Below, one piece after another: positions 51,216 to 62,005 of a DNA stretch of 64,000 bases (positions within the stretch are counted from its first letter, which is position 1; every line of letters starts with the position of its first letter). The position numbers and the translations under genes were made by a program. This DNA is from Nanobdellati archaeon (GTDB lineage Archaea > EX4484-52 > GLR71), in NCBI GenBank assembly GCA_019429125.1, contig JAHYJO010000004.1, forward strand, positions 156-64,155, given 5' to 3'. The notes below the pieces were generated by a model, which was not told the origin of the DNA, searched no databases, and saw nothing but the letters and a program-made list of their open reading frames with translations.

Positions 51216-52292
51216 ATGGATGTAGATGAAAAAATTGATGTTATCAAGAGTTTTGCGGAAGAGATAATTAAAGAAGATGAGCTTCGCGAATTGTTTAAGA
51301 CAAAGAAAAATATAGTTGCTTATGATGGGTTTGAACCGTCAGGGCAGATCCATATTGCGCAGGGGTTACTTCGCGCGATAACTGTAAATAAACTGACATC
51401 TTGCGGCGTCCATTTCAAGTTCTGGGTGGCGGACTGGTTTGCAATGCTTAACAATAAGTATGATGGTGATCTTGAGAAGATAAAAATTGTCGGTGAATAT
51501 TTTATTGAAGTCTGGAAAGCAAGCGGTCTTGATATGAAAAATGTAGAGTTCGTGTGGACTTCTGAATACATAAATAAGCATCCTGAATATTGGGTCACAG
51601 TTCTCAAACTGTCTATGAATTCAACTGTTCAGAGAGTGTTGAGATGCGGGCAGATTATGGGGCGAGAAGACAGCGTGAGCAATCCGTCTGCGCAGATACT
51701 GTATCCTTTGATGCAGGCAGCTGACATTCATCACCTAGGTGCTGATATTGCGCAGTTAGGGCTTGACCAGAGAAAGGTTAATATGCTTGCAAGGGATATA
51801 TTTCCAAAAATTGGACTTAAAGCACCGATTGCGATTCATCATCACATGCTTTTAGGGCTGCAGTTCAAGGAATCGGATCTTGAAGGTGTTGATAGAAAGA
51901 TTTATATGAAAATGTCAAAATCAAAACCCGAGACTGCAATATTTATGACTGATTCGGTTGCTGATGTCAAGTCTAAATTCAATAAAGCATATTGTCCTGA
52001 AGGTCAAGAAGAAGATAATCCTGTGCTTGAGTATGCAAGATATATTCTTTTTGAGAAGTTTGATAAGCTTTTGATTGAAAGGCCTGAGAAATTCGGGGGC
52101 AATCTTGAGATTAAAAGTTATGGGGAACTTAAAGAACTTTATGTTGCAAAAAAAATACATCCTTTAGATCTTAAGCTGACTGTCGCTAAATACATAAATG
52201 AATTGCTTGAACCAATTAGAAGTCATTTTGAGACAGATACGCGCGCCAAGATGCTTAAAGAAAAAGTGGAAAGCTTTACGGTGACAAGGTAG
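51216..52292 (+). CDS. tyrS: Tyrosyl-tRNA synthetase, archaeal type
   Basis: HIAQ (HIGH-like), KMSKS, and RPEKFGG, very close to archaeal TyrRS. Confidence 0.9.
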   Translation: MDVDEKIDVIKSFAEEIIKEDELRELFKTKKNIVAYDGFEPSGQIHIAQGLLRAITVNKLTSCGVHFKFWVADWFAMLNNKYDGDLEKIKIVGEYFIEVWKASGLDMKNVEFVWTSEYINKHPEYWVTVLKLSMNSTVQRVLRCGQIMGREDSVSNPSAQILYPLMQAADIHHLGADIAQLGLDQRKVNMLARDIFPKIGLKAPIAIHHHMLLGLQFKESDLEGVDRKIYMKMSKSKPETAIFMTDSVADVKSKFNKAYCPEGQEEDNPVLEYARYILFEKFDKLLIERPEKFGGNLEIKSYGELKELYVAKKIHPLDLKLTVAKYINELLEPIRSHFETDTRAKMLKEKVESFTVTR

Positions 52293-52431
52293 GTTTTGTG
52301 TTTTATTTCTTTTTGGGTTTAATACATAGCAATGTTCTAGTCAATATGTGTGTTAATTTATCGTTTGGAATTGTTGCTAATTTAAATAAGTTTTGGTGAC
52401 GTTTTCTTGTGTTTTGAAATATTATAGTTTA

Positions 52432-52492
<61 letters not shown>

Positions 52493-52749
52493 GTACTTGT
52501 TTAGCTAAATTTTGTCCTACTTGCTTACGATTTTTTTGATAGGGTCATTATTTGTTGAAATATTTTTAAGTTATAATTTTCTACGTTACTTGCGGGCTAT
52601 CGATTTTACAAAAAAGGAGTAAATATTTTTTAACAAAAATTAACTACACATTTTCAAGCTGTAGCTATTGATTTTATAAAAAGTATAATGTATGTAAGTT
52701 ACATCATAATGGTCATAGCATGCCGATTATTTTTTTGCTAAACAAGTAC
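52493..52749. mobile_element. MITE copy 3 (perfect 13 bp TIRs GTACTTGTTTAGC/GCTAAACAAGTAC)
   Basis: Aligns with copies 1 and 2. Confidence 0.65.
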
Positions 52750-52796
52750 TATTTATTTATTTGATTATGTGGATATGGATATATATTTAATGGTGT

Positions 52797-53372
52797 GTGA
52801 TATTTATTATGGTTGGAACCGTTGAGACTACTATTGAAAGCATATTTGTAGAAGGTTTTGACATATATAAAAAACATTATGTGATATTTATTATTGCTAC
52901 TCTTATTGCGTTTATTGGTTCTATGTTTATCATAACTTCTGTGCCTTTGTTTTTTGGCCTTTATGTGATGGCTGTAAAAGTGATTAAGGGTAAAACTGTT
53001 GAAGTGGGAGATGTGTTTAAGGGTTTTGATTATTTTTTTAGGAGTTGGGCGCTTTTTATATTTACTGGAGTATTAGTTATTTTTGGTCTTATATTATTTG
53101 TTATACCTGGGCTTTTTTTGATTGTAATGTTTCAGTATGCGGTGCCTATTGCAATTTCTGAAAATCTTGGCGCGTTCGATGCATTGAAAAGAAGTTATTC
53201 TTTGGCGCGCGATAATCTATGGTTTTCAGTAGGATTATGGATTGTACTTTGGATAATCAATTCAGTCGGTGGGTCTTTGGGACCTGCATGCCTAATAACT
53301 GTCCCATTTACATTTATCTGTTTGTCTATAGCTACATCAAAATTATCTAAATCGTATAAAATTAAGGATTGA
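52797..53372 (+). CDS. Integral membrane protein (hypothetical)
   Basis: 4-5 TM helices. Confidence 0.4.
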   Translation: MIFIMVGTVETTIESIFVEGFDIYKKHYVIFIIATLIAFIGSMFIITSVPLFFGLYVMAVKVIKGKTVEVGDVFKGFDYFFRSWALFIFTGVLVIFGLILFVIPGLFLIVMFQYAVPIAISENLGAFDALKRSYSLARDNLWFSVGLWIVLWIINSVGGSLGPACLITVPFTFICLSIATSKLSKSYKIKD

Positions 53373-53524
53373 TATCTGTCTCTATCTTTTTTTCTATCTT
53401 TTTTTAATTTAAATTAATTATATATATAAGTCAAAGTCTAAGTTATGTATATATTATGTTTGGATATGCGATGTTTTTGTATGGAGATGCGCAATATAAT
53501 CTATAAAAATTATGTGGTGTTTCT

Positions 53525-55324
53525 TTGATAGACAATTTACTTTTTGATATTGCTTTTGCAATAATTTCCGGAACTATGATTGCTTACATCATGAAGATGT
53601 TTAAGCAACCGCTTATCTTGGGATATATAATTGCAGGCATGATTATCGGACCTTTGGGTTTCGGATGGATTGCAAACAGTGATACTGTAATGCTTCTTTC
53701 TGAGTTAGGTGTGGCTTTCCTTCTTTTTATAATTGGTATGGAACTTGATTTCCGTAGGCTTGCTAATGTGGGAGCATTTGTGACATATGGTGGATTGTTT
53801 CAGATAATAACTACATTTATGTTTGCATATTTTATGTCGCTTTTATTAGGATTTAGTGCGGTGACATCACTTTATATGGGTCTGATACTTACTTTCAGCA
53901 GTACTATGATTGTTATAAAATTATTGTCGGATAATGGTAAGATTGATACACTTCCAGGACGGATGATGCTTGGTATTTTGATAATTCAGGACATTGTTGT
54001 CATACTTGCTTTGTCAATTGTGGTCAGTATGACGGCAGGCGGTGACATATCATCACTTGTATTCACATTGTTCAATGGTTTTGGGTTGGTGACTCTTGCA
54101 TTGATATTTAAGAAATTTATAAGTCCGTACATATTGAAATTTGCGTCATCATCACCTGAACTACTTTTCATGACTGCAGTATCTGTCTGTTTTACATTTG
54201 TGGGTGCAGCAAGCTATATAGGGTTTCCGATTGCAATAGGTGCATTTCTTGCAGGTATAAGTCTTACTGCATATCCTTACGATCTTGAGATTGCGGGACG
54301 GGTAAGCTCGCTTCGTGATTTCTTTGCAACATTGTTTTTTGTTTCTCTCGGCCTGCAGATAGTGTCTTTCAATTTCGTTGAATATCTGGCACCGCTTATA
54401 ATGTTCACAGCATTTGTATTGTTCATAAAACCGCTCATAGTCTTAATTATTGGGAAGGCATTTGGGTATGAGTTGCGTACAGCATTTCTTGCTGCGTTGG
54501 GGCTTGCACAGATAAGTGAGTTCTCTCTCATAATTGTAACAATTGGCGTTACAAGCGGGCTAATTCCTCTTGAGATATTTTCAATCACTGCCATACTTGC
54601 GATAATTACAATGGCGTCAACAGGGTATTATATAAAATATTCAGATAAGATTTTTGATTTGTTTTCTCATTACCTTTTGATATTTGAATTTTTTGATAGG
54701 TTTTCTAAAAATAAAAATCTTGACAAGGAACAAAAAGTAGTTCATCACAGGAATCATATTGTTCTTGTGGGGTGTCATCTTTTGGGGGATGGCATATTGA
54801 CCGAGCTTAAGAAGATGAAACGCCATGTTATTGTTCTTGATTACAATCCAGAAATAATAAAGAGGCTTTTAGAAGATGAGATGGTTGCATATTATGGAGA
54901 TGTTAGGCACAGGGAAGTTTTGGAAAAGCTTGATATTGAGCATGCAAGCCTTGTGATATCAACCATACCAGACCGTGAGGATAATATGTTTTTGCTAAAT
55001 GAGGTTAAGATACGAAATCCTAAATGCATAGTGTTTGTTACTGCAAATAATATTGAGGATGCGCTTGTGTCTTATGACAATGGTGTGGATTATGTCATAT
55101 TGCCGAAACTGTTAGGGTCGGAGAGAGTCAATGAGCATATAGATGACATACTTACAAATCCTGACGGAATACAGAGATACATTGCACGGTTGCGAAGAAA
55201 ATATATACTTACTCTTGAGACGCAGCTTGAAAGGAAAATACTTAATGAATATGAACCAAGATACCTTAAGCATCTGCAGAAAAAGTTTAATTTTGGCATT
55301 TTAAATAATGCAGATAGAGGATGA
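53525..55324 (+). CDS. CPA2 (Kef-type) cation:proton antiporter with C-terminal TrkA-N/RCK domain
   Basis: About 12 TM helices followed by HIVLVGCHLLGDGILTELKK, a Rossmann GxGxxG-like segment. Confidence 0.8.
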   Translation: MIDNLLFDIAFAIISGTMIAYIMKMFKQPLILGYIIAGMIIGPLGFGWIANSDTVMLLSELGVAFLLFIIGMELDFRRLANVGAFVTYGGLFQIITTFMFAYFMSLLLGFSAVTSLYMGLILTFSSTMIVIKLLSDNGKIDTLPGRMMLGILIIQDIVVILALSIVVSMTAGGDISSLVFTLFNGFGLVTLALIFKKFISPYILKFASSSPELLFMTAVSVCFTFVGAASYIGFPIAIGAFLAGISLTAYPYDLEIAGRVSSLRDFFATLFFVSLGLQIVSFNFVEYLAPLIMFTAFVLFIKPLIVLIIGKAFGYELRTAFLAALGLAQISEFSLIIVTIGVTSGLIPLEIFSITAILAIITMASTGYYIKYSDKIFDLFSHYLLIFEFFDRFSKNKNLDKEQKVVHHRNHIVLVGCHLLGDGILTELKKMKRHVIVLDYNPEIIKRLLEDEMVAYYGDVRHREVLEKLDIEHASLVISTIPDREDNMFLLNEVKIRNPKCIVFVTANNIEDALVSYDNGVDYVILPKLLGSERVNEHIDDILTNPDGIQRYIARLRRKYILTLETQLERKILNEYEPRYLKHLQKKFNFGILNNADRG

Positions 55325-55408
55325 TGATACTGATGGTTTATATTAATAAATTATATTGATAGTTGATGCTAAAATTTATGAAGTTTTGTAGGTATTATAT
55401 GTTTAGGT

Positions 55409-55879
55409 GTGTTTTATATGTTCTCAAAAAATAAAGTAAGTGATAAAGATAAGGAATTAATGCAGTTGAGTGATAGGTTAAATAATATGGATGTTGAAGT
55501 GTCCGAAATCAAAAACATTGCTTATCGTCTTGATGGTGATCTTACGCAGTCAGTCAGTATATTGAATGAGGATATCAAAAATATTAAAAGCATGCTTGGG
55601 TTACTTAAGAGTAAGTCCGATGAATTTGATGGCGCAATACGCGAAACTATAAAGGCAGAATCTGATGAGATTTCAAAATTTAGAGTGACTAATGGTTCTG
55701 TGTCTGAATTTAGGGGCGAGCTTGAAAAATTCTCTGAGATTATAAAGACTATGCAGGATGATATTTCTCGGTTGGATAAGAAAGAAGTTACAATACAATA
55801 TGATTCCGGATTTGAAACTCTCAGGGCTGATTTTGAGAATTTTAAAAAGATTGCATTGACTGTTGAGGATAAGATTTGA
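55409..55879 (+). CDS. Coiled-coil protein (hypothetical)
   Basis: 156 aa. Confidence 0.3.
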   Translation: MFYMFSKNKVSDKDKELMQLSDRLNNMDVEVSEIKNIAYRLDGDLTQSVSILNEDIKNIKSMLGLLKSKSDEFDGAIRETIKAESDEISKFRVTNGSVSEFRGELEKFSEIIKTMQDDISRLDKKEVTIQYDSGFETLRADFENFKKIALTVEDKI

Positions 55880-55978
55880 GATATTAAGGTATGTTTTTTA
55901 TTTTTAAGTTATTGAGGTCTGCGTTTTTTATAAAAATATCCACTTCTTTAAAAAGATACGTTACAATAATTAAGTCTT

Positions 55979-56989
55979 ATGGAAGATCAGACAGATTTTC
56001 GAAAGATGCCAGTTATACATCCTTACAAGCAAATACTTGACAAGGCATATAATGAGGCAAGCAATGCTAGCAAGACAGTCTCGGCGGAAAATAAAGTATT
56101 AGAAATTAGAATTAAAGAACTTAAAAGAGTTGAGACTGCGGTTGATATAATATGCAAGTATCTTAATAATATTGTTGAGAAAACACCACATGTTAATCTT
56201 ATGCCACCATATTATGTTGAAATTGTTTCTATTGCTATTGATAAAGAACAGTTTAAAAAATCGTTGGGTGCTGTTCGTTGGGCGGCTGAGAAATCAAAAG
56301 AGCTTAGTACTACATACAAAAAAAAGCTTAAGGGTGCGCAACCACGTGACCTTGCAAGAATCAGGTCTGAGTATTATGGGCGTCAGTCATCTATACTTCA
56401 TCAGATAAGACGGGATTTTGTATTTCTTGAGGAATGTCGTGCGTTATTGAAAAACTTGCCTAAGTTCAAAGAGATGAAGACTGTCGTCATTGTAGGATTT
56501 CCTAATGTTGGAAAGTCATCTGTGCTTAAGGCATTGACTGGAGCCGAACCTGATATACAGCCGTATCCATTTACTACCAAACATGTTAGGGTGGGTTATA
56601 TTGAAAAATATGTTCAGCTTGTTGATACGCCCGGACTTCTTGACCGAACTCTTGAGAGACGAAATGAAATAGAGCTTCAGGCAGTTTTGGCGTTGAGATA
56701 TTTGTCTGATATGATATTTTTTATATTTGATTCGTCTGAGACTTGCGGTTATACTATGGATGAGCAGATGTCACTTTATACAGAGATGAAAAGAGAGTTT
56801 GATGTGCCGTTTATTGTGGGATTCAATAAAGTTGATATAGTCTCATCTGCAAAAAATATTGATGTGTATCTTAAAAAAGTAAGTAAGGATCAGTTTCATT
56901 TATCCGCACTTAAAAATACAGGTTTTTCTAACTTACGCGAGTTTCTTCTTAAGGATGCATTGCCTTCAAAGAAAAAGTTTTACAAATAA
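55979..56989 (+). CDS. NOG1-family GTPase
   Basis: NOG1 N-terminal helical domain followed by G1 GFPNVGKSS, G3 DTPG and G4 NKVD. Confidence 0.7.
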   Translation: MEDQTDFRKMPVIHPYKQILDKAYNEASNASKTVSAENKVLEIRIKELKRVETAVDIICKYLNNIVEKTPHVNLMPPYYVEIVSIAIDKEQFKKSLGAVRWAAEKSKELSTTYKKKLKGAQPRDLARIRSEYYGRQSSILHQIRRDFVFLEECRALLKNLPKFKEMKTVVIVGFPNVGKSSVLKALTGAEPDIQPYPFTTKHVRVGYIEKYVQLVDTPGLLDRTLERRNEIELQAVLALRYLSDMIFFIFDSSETCGYTMDEQMSLYTEMKREFDVPFIVGFNKVDIVSSAKNIDVYLKKVSKDQFHLSALKNTGFSNLREFLLKDALPSKKKFYK

Positions 56990-57028
56990 TCTGATTCTTA
57001 TTTTATGCATAATCAATATAAATGACCT

Positions 57029-58312
57029 ATGCCCAATTATTGTTTGACGGTGTTAATGTTGGATTTAATGTATCAGTTTGTTATTCTTGCAATTCTTATT
57101 GCTTTGTCTGCATTTTTTTCTGCATCAGAGATTGCACTATTGTCGCTTGGTAGGATAACCAGGCATAAGATGGTCAAGGAAAAAGTCAAGAATTCAAAGA
57201 TAATTGCAAAACTTCTTGAAGATCCAAACAAACTTCTTATCACTATTCTTATTGGCAATAATCTTGTAAATGTTTCAGCATCTGCTCTTGCAACATCAAT
57301 AGGTATTTTTCTTTTCGGGTCAGTGGGTATAGGTATTGCTGTAGGAGTAATGACATTTTTTATACTTCTTTTTGGGGAGGTATTACCTAAAAGCTATGCT
57401 GTCCACAATAAAGAAAAATTTGCTATATTTGTGGCTAAACCAATTTATTTATTGCAGAAGTTTCAATCACCATTGATATTGTTTATGTCGGCTATAATAA
57501 ATAAGTTTATGGATTATTATGGTCTGACTGATAAAGACAAAATATTAGTTACTGAAGAAGTTGTCATGTCTGCTGTAACTATAGGTATGGAAGATGGTGA
57601 GATAGACCCTGAAGAGAAAGAGCTTATACATAATGTATTTGAGTTTGATGATACTGAAGTGCAAGATGTTATGGTTCCAAGAATTAATATGTGTTGCATT
57701 GAAAAATCTATTAGTCTTTTTGAGGTGCTCAAGTTTATAGATAAAACAAATTTTTCAAGGGTGCCAGTTTATGAAGATGTGCATGATAAAATTATTGGCA
57801 TATTATATACAAAAGATCTTTTGAAATATGTGGGTAAAAATGTGGATAGCTTCTCCCTTAAAACTATAGTGCGGCCTGCTATTTTTGTCCCTGAAACAAA
57901 AAAGATTGATGAGCTATTGAAAGAGTTTAAGTTACAGAAAGTGCATATCGCGATGGTCGTTGATGAGTATGGTGGTATTGCAGGCCTTGTCACTTTGGAG
58001 GATCTTTTAGAGGAGCTTGTCGGTGAAATATATGATGAGACTGATGTGTCAAAGAATATGATTCGCAAAGAAGGTAAGAAAACTTTTATTGTTGACGGTG
58101 AGGCAGAGATTGATGATGTCGAACGTGTGTTGCGGGTGAAATTATTTTCTGACAATCCCGAACTGGATTATGATACTATAAGTGGTCTTGTTCTTGATGA
58201 GCTTGGAAGGGTACCAGTTGTCGGAGATATTCTTGAGCTTAATATGGTTTCTATATCTATTGAAAAGATGGACAGGCAGAAGATTATATCACTTAATATT
58301 GTTAAGAAATAA
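57029..58312 (+). CDS. CNNM/CorC-family transporter (DUF21 + CBS pair + CorC_HlyC)
   Basis: Four N-terminal TM helices, a CBS pair and a C-terminal transporter-associated domain. Confidence 0.8.
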   Translation: MPNYCLTVLMLDLMYQFVILAILIALSAFFSASEIALLSLGRITRHKMVKEKVKNSKIIAKLLEDPNKLLITILIGNNLVNVSASALATSIGIFLFGSVGIGIAVGVMTFFILLFGEVLPKSYAVHNKEKFAIFVAKPIYLLQKFQSPLILFMSAIINKFMDYYGLTDKDKILVTEEVVMSAVTIGMEDGEIDPEEKELIHNVFEFDDTEVQDVMVPRINMCCIEKSISLFEVLKFIDKTNFSRVPVYEDVHDKIIGILYTKDLLKYVGKNVDSFSLKTIVRPAIFVPETKKIDELLKEFKLQKVHIAMVVDEYGGIAGLVTLEDLLEELVGEIYDETDVSKNMIRKEGKKTFIVDGEAEIDDVERVLRVKLFSDNPELDYDTISGLVLDELGRVPVVGDILELNMVSISIEKMDRQKIISLNIVKK

Positions 58313-58354
58313 TATTATCTTTTTTTGATGTCATCAGAACCCCAGATGCTCTTG

Positions 58355-58455
58355 CAGTCTGTGCATATATATCCACCATACATCTTTATGTGGCTAAGAT
58401 ATTGCATATTGTATGAGCCACATTTTGGGCATATTGGTACTTTTTCTTTTTGCAT
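58355..58455 (-). CDS. 46 aa zinc-ribbon protein
   Basis: MQKEKVPICPKCGSYNMQYLSHIKMYGGYICTDCKSIWGSDDIKKR with CPxCG...CxxC. Confidence 0.35.
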
Positions 58456-58945
58456 AAAGGTCTTATTGTGGCAGTAGGTTTTTATTTGTTTTGGCGTTGA
58501 ATCTTTCTTGTTGGAATTGATTGGTGCTGTTAATTTTTTTCAGTTGTATTTTTTACTTGTATAAATGTATTCTTATATTATTTTTCGATTTTGTATTATT
58601 TAAAATTAGATATTTGTGGTTTTGTCAATTTTTTTAAGTGTTTATATTATTTTTGGGTTTTGTTTATATATTTTATCGCAATATAGTTATTTTGTTATTG
58701 TTATTTTTAAAACACAATGGTTGGATTGAATGTATGTACATTAGTATCTAATTTTAGATATATTTTTTATATTTATAACCTATGGGTATATATAGTACTT
58801 AGATACTATTAGGTGTATATAATAAAAAAATTATAATTTTTGAAATTTGATGATTTTTTGCCCACGGCTTAAACGGGTACTTTTTTTTCATATAATTGGT
58901 GAAAATTGTAAAATGTAGTATGTTTGTCTGAGCTTTTTTGGTGGC

Positions 58946-59653
58946 TTGCATGCGTTTGTTAAATTTATAGGTATTGTGTGGTGTTTGCTTATGAAAGAAC
59001 TTTTAGATTATAATAATTTCTGGTTGATTTGGTTGAACTGTGCAGGGAGTGCCCAGGGTATGTCTCTGTTCAAGATACAGGAATCTTGGGATATCAAAAC
59101 TAATTATCTCTACCATAAGGAACGGAGTTTAGATCAACCCTTGTTTAAAGCTATGATTGATGCAGGTTATATTAAAAGGGGTGAGAAAGGTTTTGTTGCA
59201 GAGTTTGATTGGATACCATCTTATATTTTGGATAATCATAAGCTTAAATCTAATGATTCTGGGTGGTCATTGAATGATTTTATTGTTGAAACAATTCCTG
59301 AAATACATGAATTCATAAAAAATAATAATTTGATATTATTTAATCAAACGTTTATCAAACAATTGTATATGTCTGATATCAATATACTTAAACGAGATGG
59401 TCCGACTATATTTGATGATGTAATGCTGTTTGTTTTTATTTATAATCTGATACCTTTTTGTAAACGTTATGATGCTGAAATTGTAATACGGATGTTATAT
59501 ACTTTTTTTTCATTCTCTTCACAAAAAGATTTTTTAAATTATTTCAAGGATCTTAATCATAAGTTATCAAAAGATGCTGTTCCAGAAATAATATCTAATG
59601 AGGGAGAACTTATAAAAATATTGTGTCCTATTGATTTGTCAAGTGATCTGTGA
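58946..59653 (+). CDS. Hypothetical protein
   Basis: 235 aa. Confidence 0.3.
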   Translation: MHAFVKFIGIVWCLLMKELLDYNNFWLIWLNCAGSAQGMSLFKIQESWDIKTNYLYHKERSLDQPLFKAMIDAGYIKRGEKGFVAEFDWIPSYILDNHKLKSNDSGWSLNDFIVETIPEIHEFIKNNNLILFNQTFIKQLYMSDINILKRDGPTIFDDVMLFVFIYNLIPFCKRYDAEIVIRMLYTFFSFSSQKDFLNYFKDLNHKLSKDAVPEIISNEGELIKILCPIDLSSDL

Positions 59654-59816
59654 TTTTATGGTTGAAGCATATTGTGTCAAATGTAATGCAAAAAAAAAGA
59701 TAAAGAAACCGAAGTCGGTTATTTTGAAAACAGGTAGACTTGCAACTGCTGGAGTATGTCCAACTTGCGGTACTAAATTATATCGTATGGGTTCACTTGA
59801 GACTGCTTCTGTTTAA
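59631..59816 (+). CDS. Small zinc-ribbon protein
   Basis: YCVKCNAKKK...GVCPTCGTKLYRMGS. Confidence 0.35.
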   Translation: MICQVICDFMVEAYCVKCNAKKKIKKPKSVILKTGRLATAGVCPTCGTKLYRMGSLETASV

Positions 59817-59892
59817 TTTTTTTAGTTCTGTCTTTTTATTGGGTGGTAGCTTTGTACTAGTTAATCTTATATACCTCTCGTGCCCTAATACA

Positions 59893-60666
59893 TCTATGCG
59901 TGTAATTTCTATAGTTTCAGGAAAAGGTGGTGTGGGTAAAACAACAACTGTTGCAAACTTAGGTATAGTCTTAGCTTCAAAATTCAAGAAAAAAGTAATT
60001 GTTATCGATTGCAATATTACAACACCGCATCTTGGTCTTTATATGGGAATTCATCAGCATCCTATTACATTGAATAATATAATCAAAGATAATTCTAAAG
60101 TGGCTGATGCTTTTTATACTCATCCGAGCGGGGTAAAAGTGATTCCTTCTTCACTCTCTTTGAAAGATCTTGATGGCCTTGATATGTTGCATCTTAAGTC
60201 TACAATTGATAAAATCAAGACAGAATATCCAGATACTGATTATATTTTGTTGGATTGTGCTCCTGGTTTTGGTCGTGAGGCAATAGCTGGTATGCGTTCA
60301 AGTGATGAAATACTTTATGTGACTATTCCTTATTTTCCTGTTGTTGTTGATATCGTAAAATGTGTACGGGTTGCAGAGGATTTGGAATTGAGATCAATTG
60401 GTCTTCTTGTCAATATGAAAAGGGGTGGTAAACATGAGCTAACTCATTCTGAGATTGAAAATATTACTGAGTTACCTATTGTTTCATCGATATCATTTAA
60501 TCATGATGTCTTCAAAAGTTTACATAATCGGATACCTATTTCAGTTGCAAAGCCATTCTGTAAAGTAAGTAAGCAAATTGATGCTCTTGCGGCGTTTATA
60601 ACTGGTGAGAATGTTCCCAAGGATAAGTTTTCAGATAAAGTTTTTGGATTATTTGATAAATATTGA
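59893..60666 (+). CDS. minD: MinD/ParA-family ATPase
   Basis: Deviant Walker A SGKGGVGKTT. Confidence 0.75.
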   Translation, partial: SMRVISIVSGKGGVGKTTTVANLGIVLASKFKKKVIVIDCNITTPHLGLYMGIHQHPITLNNIIKDNSKVADAFYTHPSGVKVIPSSLSLKDLDGLDMLHLKSTIDKIKTEYPDTDYILLDCAPGFGREAIAGMRSSDEILYVTIPYFPVVVDIVKCVRVAEDLELRSIGLLVNMKRGGKHELTHSEIENITELPIVSSISFNHDVFKSLHNRIPISVAKPFCKVSKQIDALAAFITGENVPKDKFSDKVFGLFDKY

Positions 60667-61325
60667 TAAATGGGGTGTATGTTATGGCTGATAATACAAA
60701 AATAAGATATACTGTGGCTGATGATGGCGATAAAGATGACATGATATCTAAACTGATTTCTGAAAAAAAAATAATTAAAGAAAAGAACGTGCGTCTTGCT
60801 TCCTTGCTTAATCTTGTTACAAAAAAGATTTCTGAGACAAATAATGATGGATGTCCGCAATTTGATAATTCTAAACTTATTGAGGTTTTAGATAAGGTGT
60901 CTTTATTGAAGAAACAGGTTTCTTCAATCGAACATATGCTTGAAAAATCAAAAATTGATTCAAAGGTGGATGAATTGAATAAAACAATTTCTGCTATGAA
61001 TTCTCGTGTTGAGGATATGGAATCAAAATTGTCGGCAGTACATAAACTTGAAGGTATTGAGAATAAACTGGCTGATGTTGAAAGCTTGATAAAATTGCAT
61101 AAAATGACGGGGGATAATCCATTTGGTATGTTGGGAAATGTTGGTGGCATAAAAAAACCTAATGGTGTCAAAGTTGATGTTATGAAAGAAAAAGTTTCAT
61201 CAAAAAAAATAGAAAATAGAAAAAATAAATTAGATTCTGATGTTAAACATAATGTGGGGGATGATATGTCTTCGGATATATCTAAGACTTTTGGTCATAT
61301 TGTTGATATATTACACAAACATTAA
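60663..61325 (+). CDS. Coiled-coil protein translationally coupled to the MinD-like gene
   Basis: ATGA overlap. Heptad-rich. Confidence 0.35.
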   Translation: MINGVYVMADNTKIRYTVADDGDKDDMISKLISEKKIIKEKNVRLASLLNLVTKKISETNNDGCPQFDNSKLIEVLDKVSLLKKQVSSIEHMLEKSKIDSKVDELNKTISAMNSRVEDMESKLSAVHKLEGIENKLADVESLIKLHKMTGDNPFGMLGNVGGIKKPNGVKVDVMKEKVSSKKIENRKNKLDSDVKHNVGDDMSSDISKTFGHIVDILHKH

Positions 61326-61408
61326 CTTGCTGTTGTCTTCTTTTTATTCTTTGAATCGTTATGTTGTGGTGTGTTTTGTGTTATTTACTGATATTTATAT
61401 CAGTATTA

Positions 61409-61750
61409 TTATAATTCTGTGAGTATGTGTTTTTTTGTATATTTTTCATTCAATGAATCTTTTAACATCTGTTTGTCTGTGTGCAATAATATGATTTCGC
61501 GCATAAATATCTTTGCATCATACTTTTCGAGCAGATTAATTATATCTCCTGCATCGTTCATATTTATGATAATCAGACCTCTTTGTATTTTTATATGTGG
61601 GTATTTACTTAGGAAGCCTTCACGTTCATATATGTATTTTCCTTTGTTTGACTTGTCCTTATATCCATAGAATTCTCTGCAAAAACGATTAACGTTTGTG
61701 TGTGTGTTCTTCTCTGATACCTTAAATGATATTAGTGCCCCCGTTTGCAT
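61409..61750 (-). CDS. Hypothetical protein
   Basis: 113 aa. Confidence 0.3.
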   Translation of the reverse strand: MQTGALISFKVSEKNTHTNVNRFCREFYGYKDKSNKGKYIYEREGFLSKYPHIKIQRGLIIINMNDAGDIINLLEKYDAKIFMREIILLHTDKQMLKDSLNEKYTKKHILTEL

Positions 61751-62005
61751 TTTTAGTCACGACCTATATAACTCTTACTGATATTTGTTATCAGTATTAT
61801 TTATAGTTTTGCAAAACCTTTATTAACCCCCTCTGTTAATATATTGTATAAGGGTTTCTCATATTTGTTTTGGTACATAAATTTGGGGGATTTTGTCGGC
61901 AAAATTAAACATTTTTTAAAATCTGGTAAATTTGGTGTTTTAATGAGTAATAGTATTAATTCAAATAAACAAAAATACAATTTTCTGCTATTCTGTATTA
62001 TAAAT

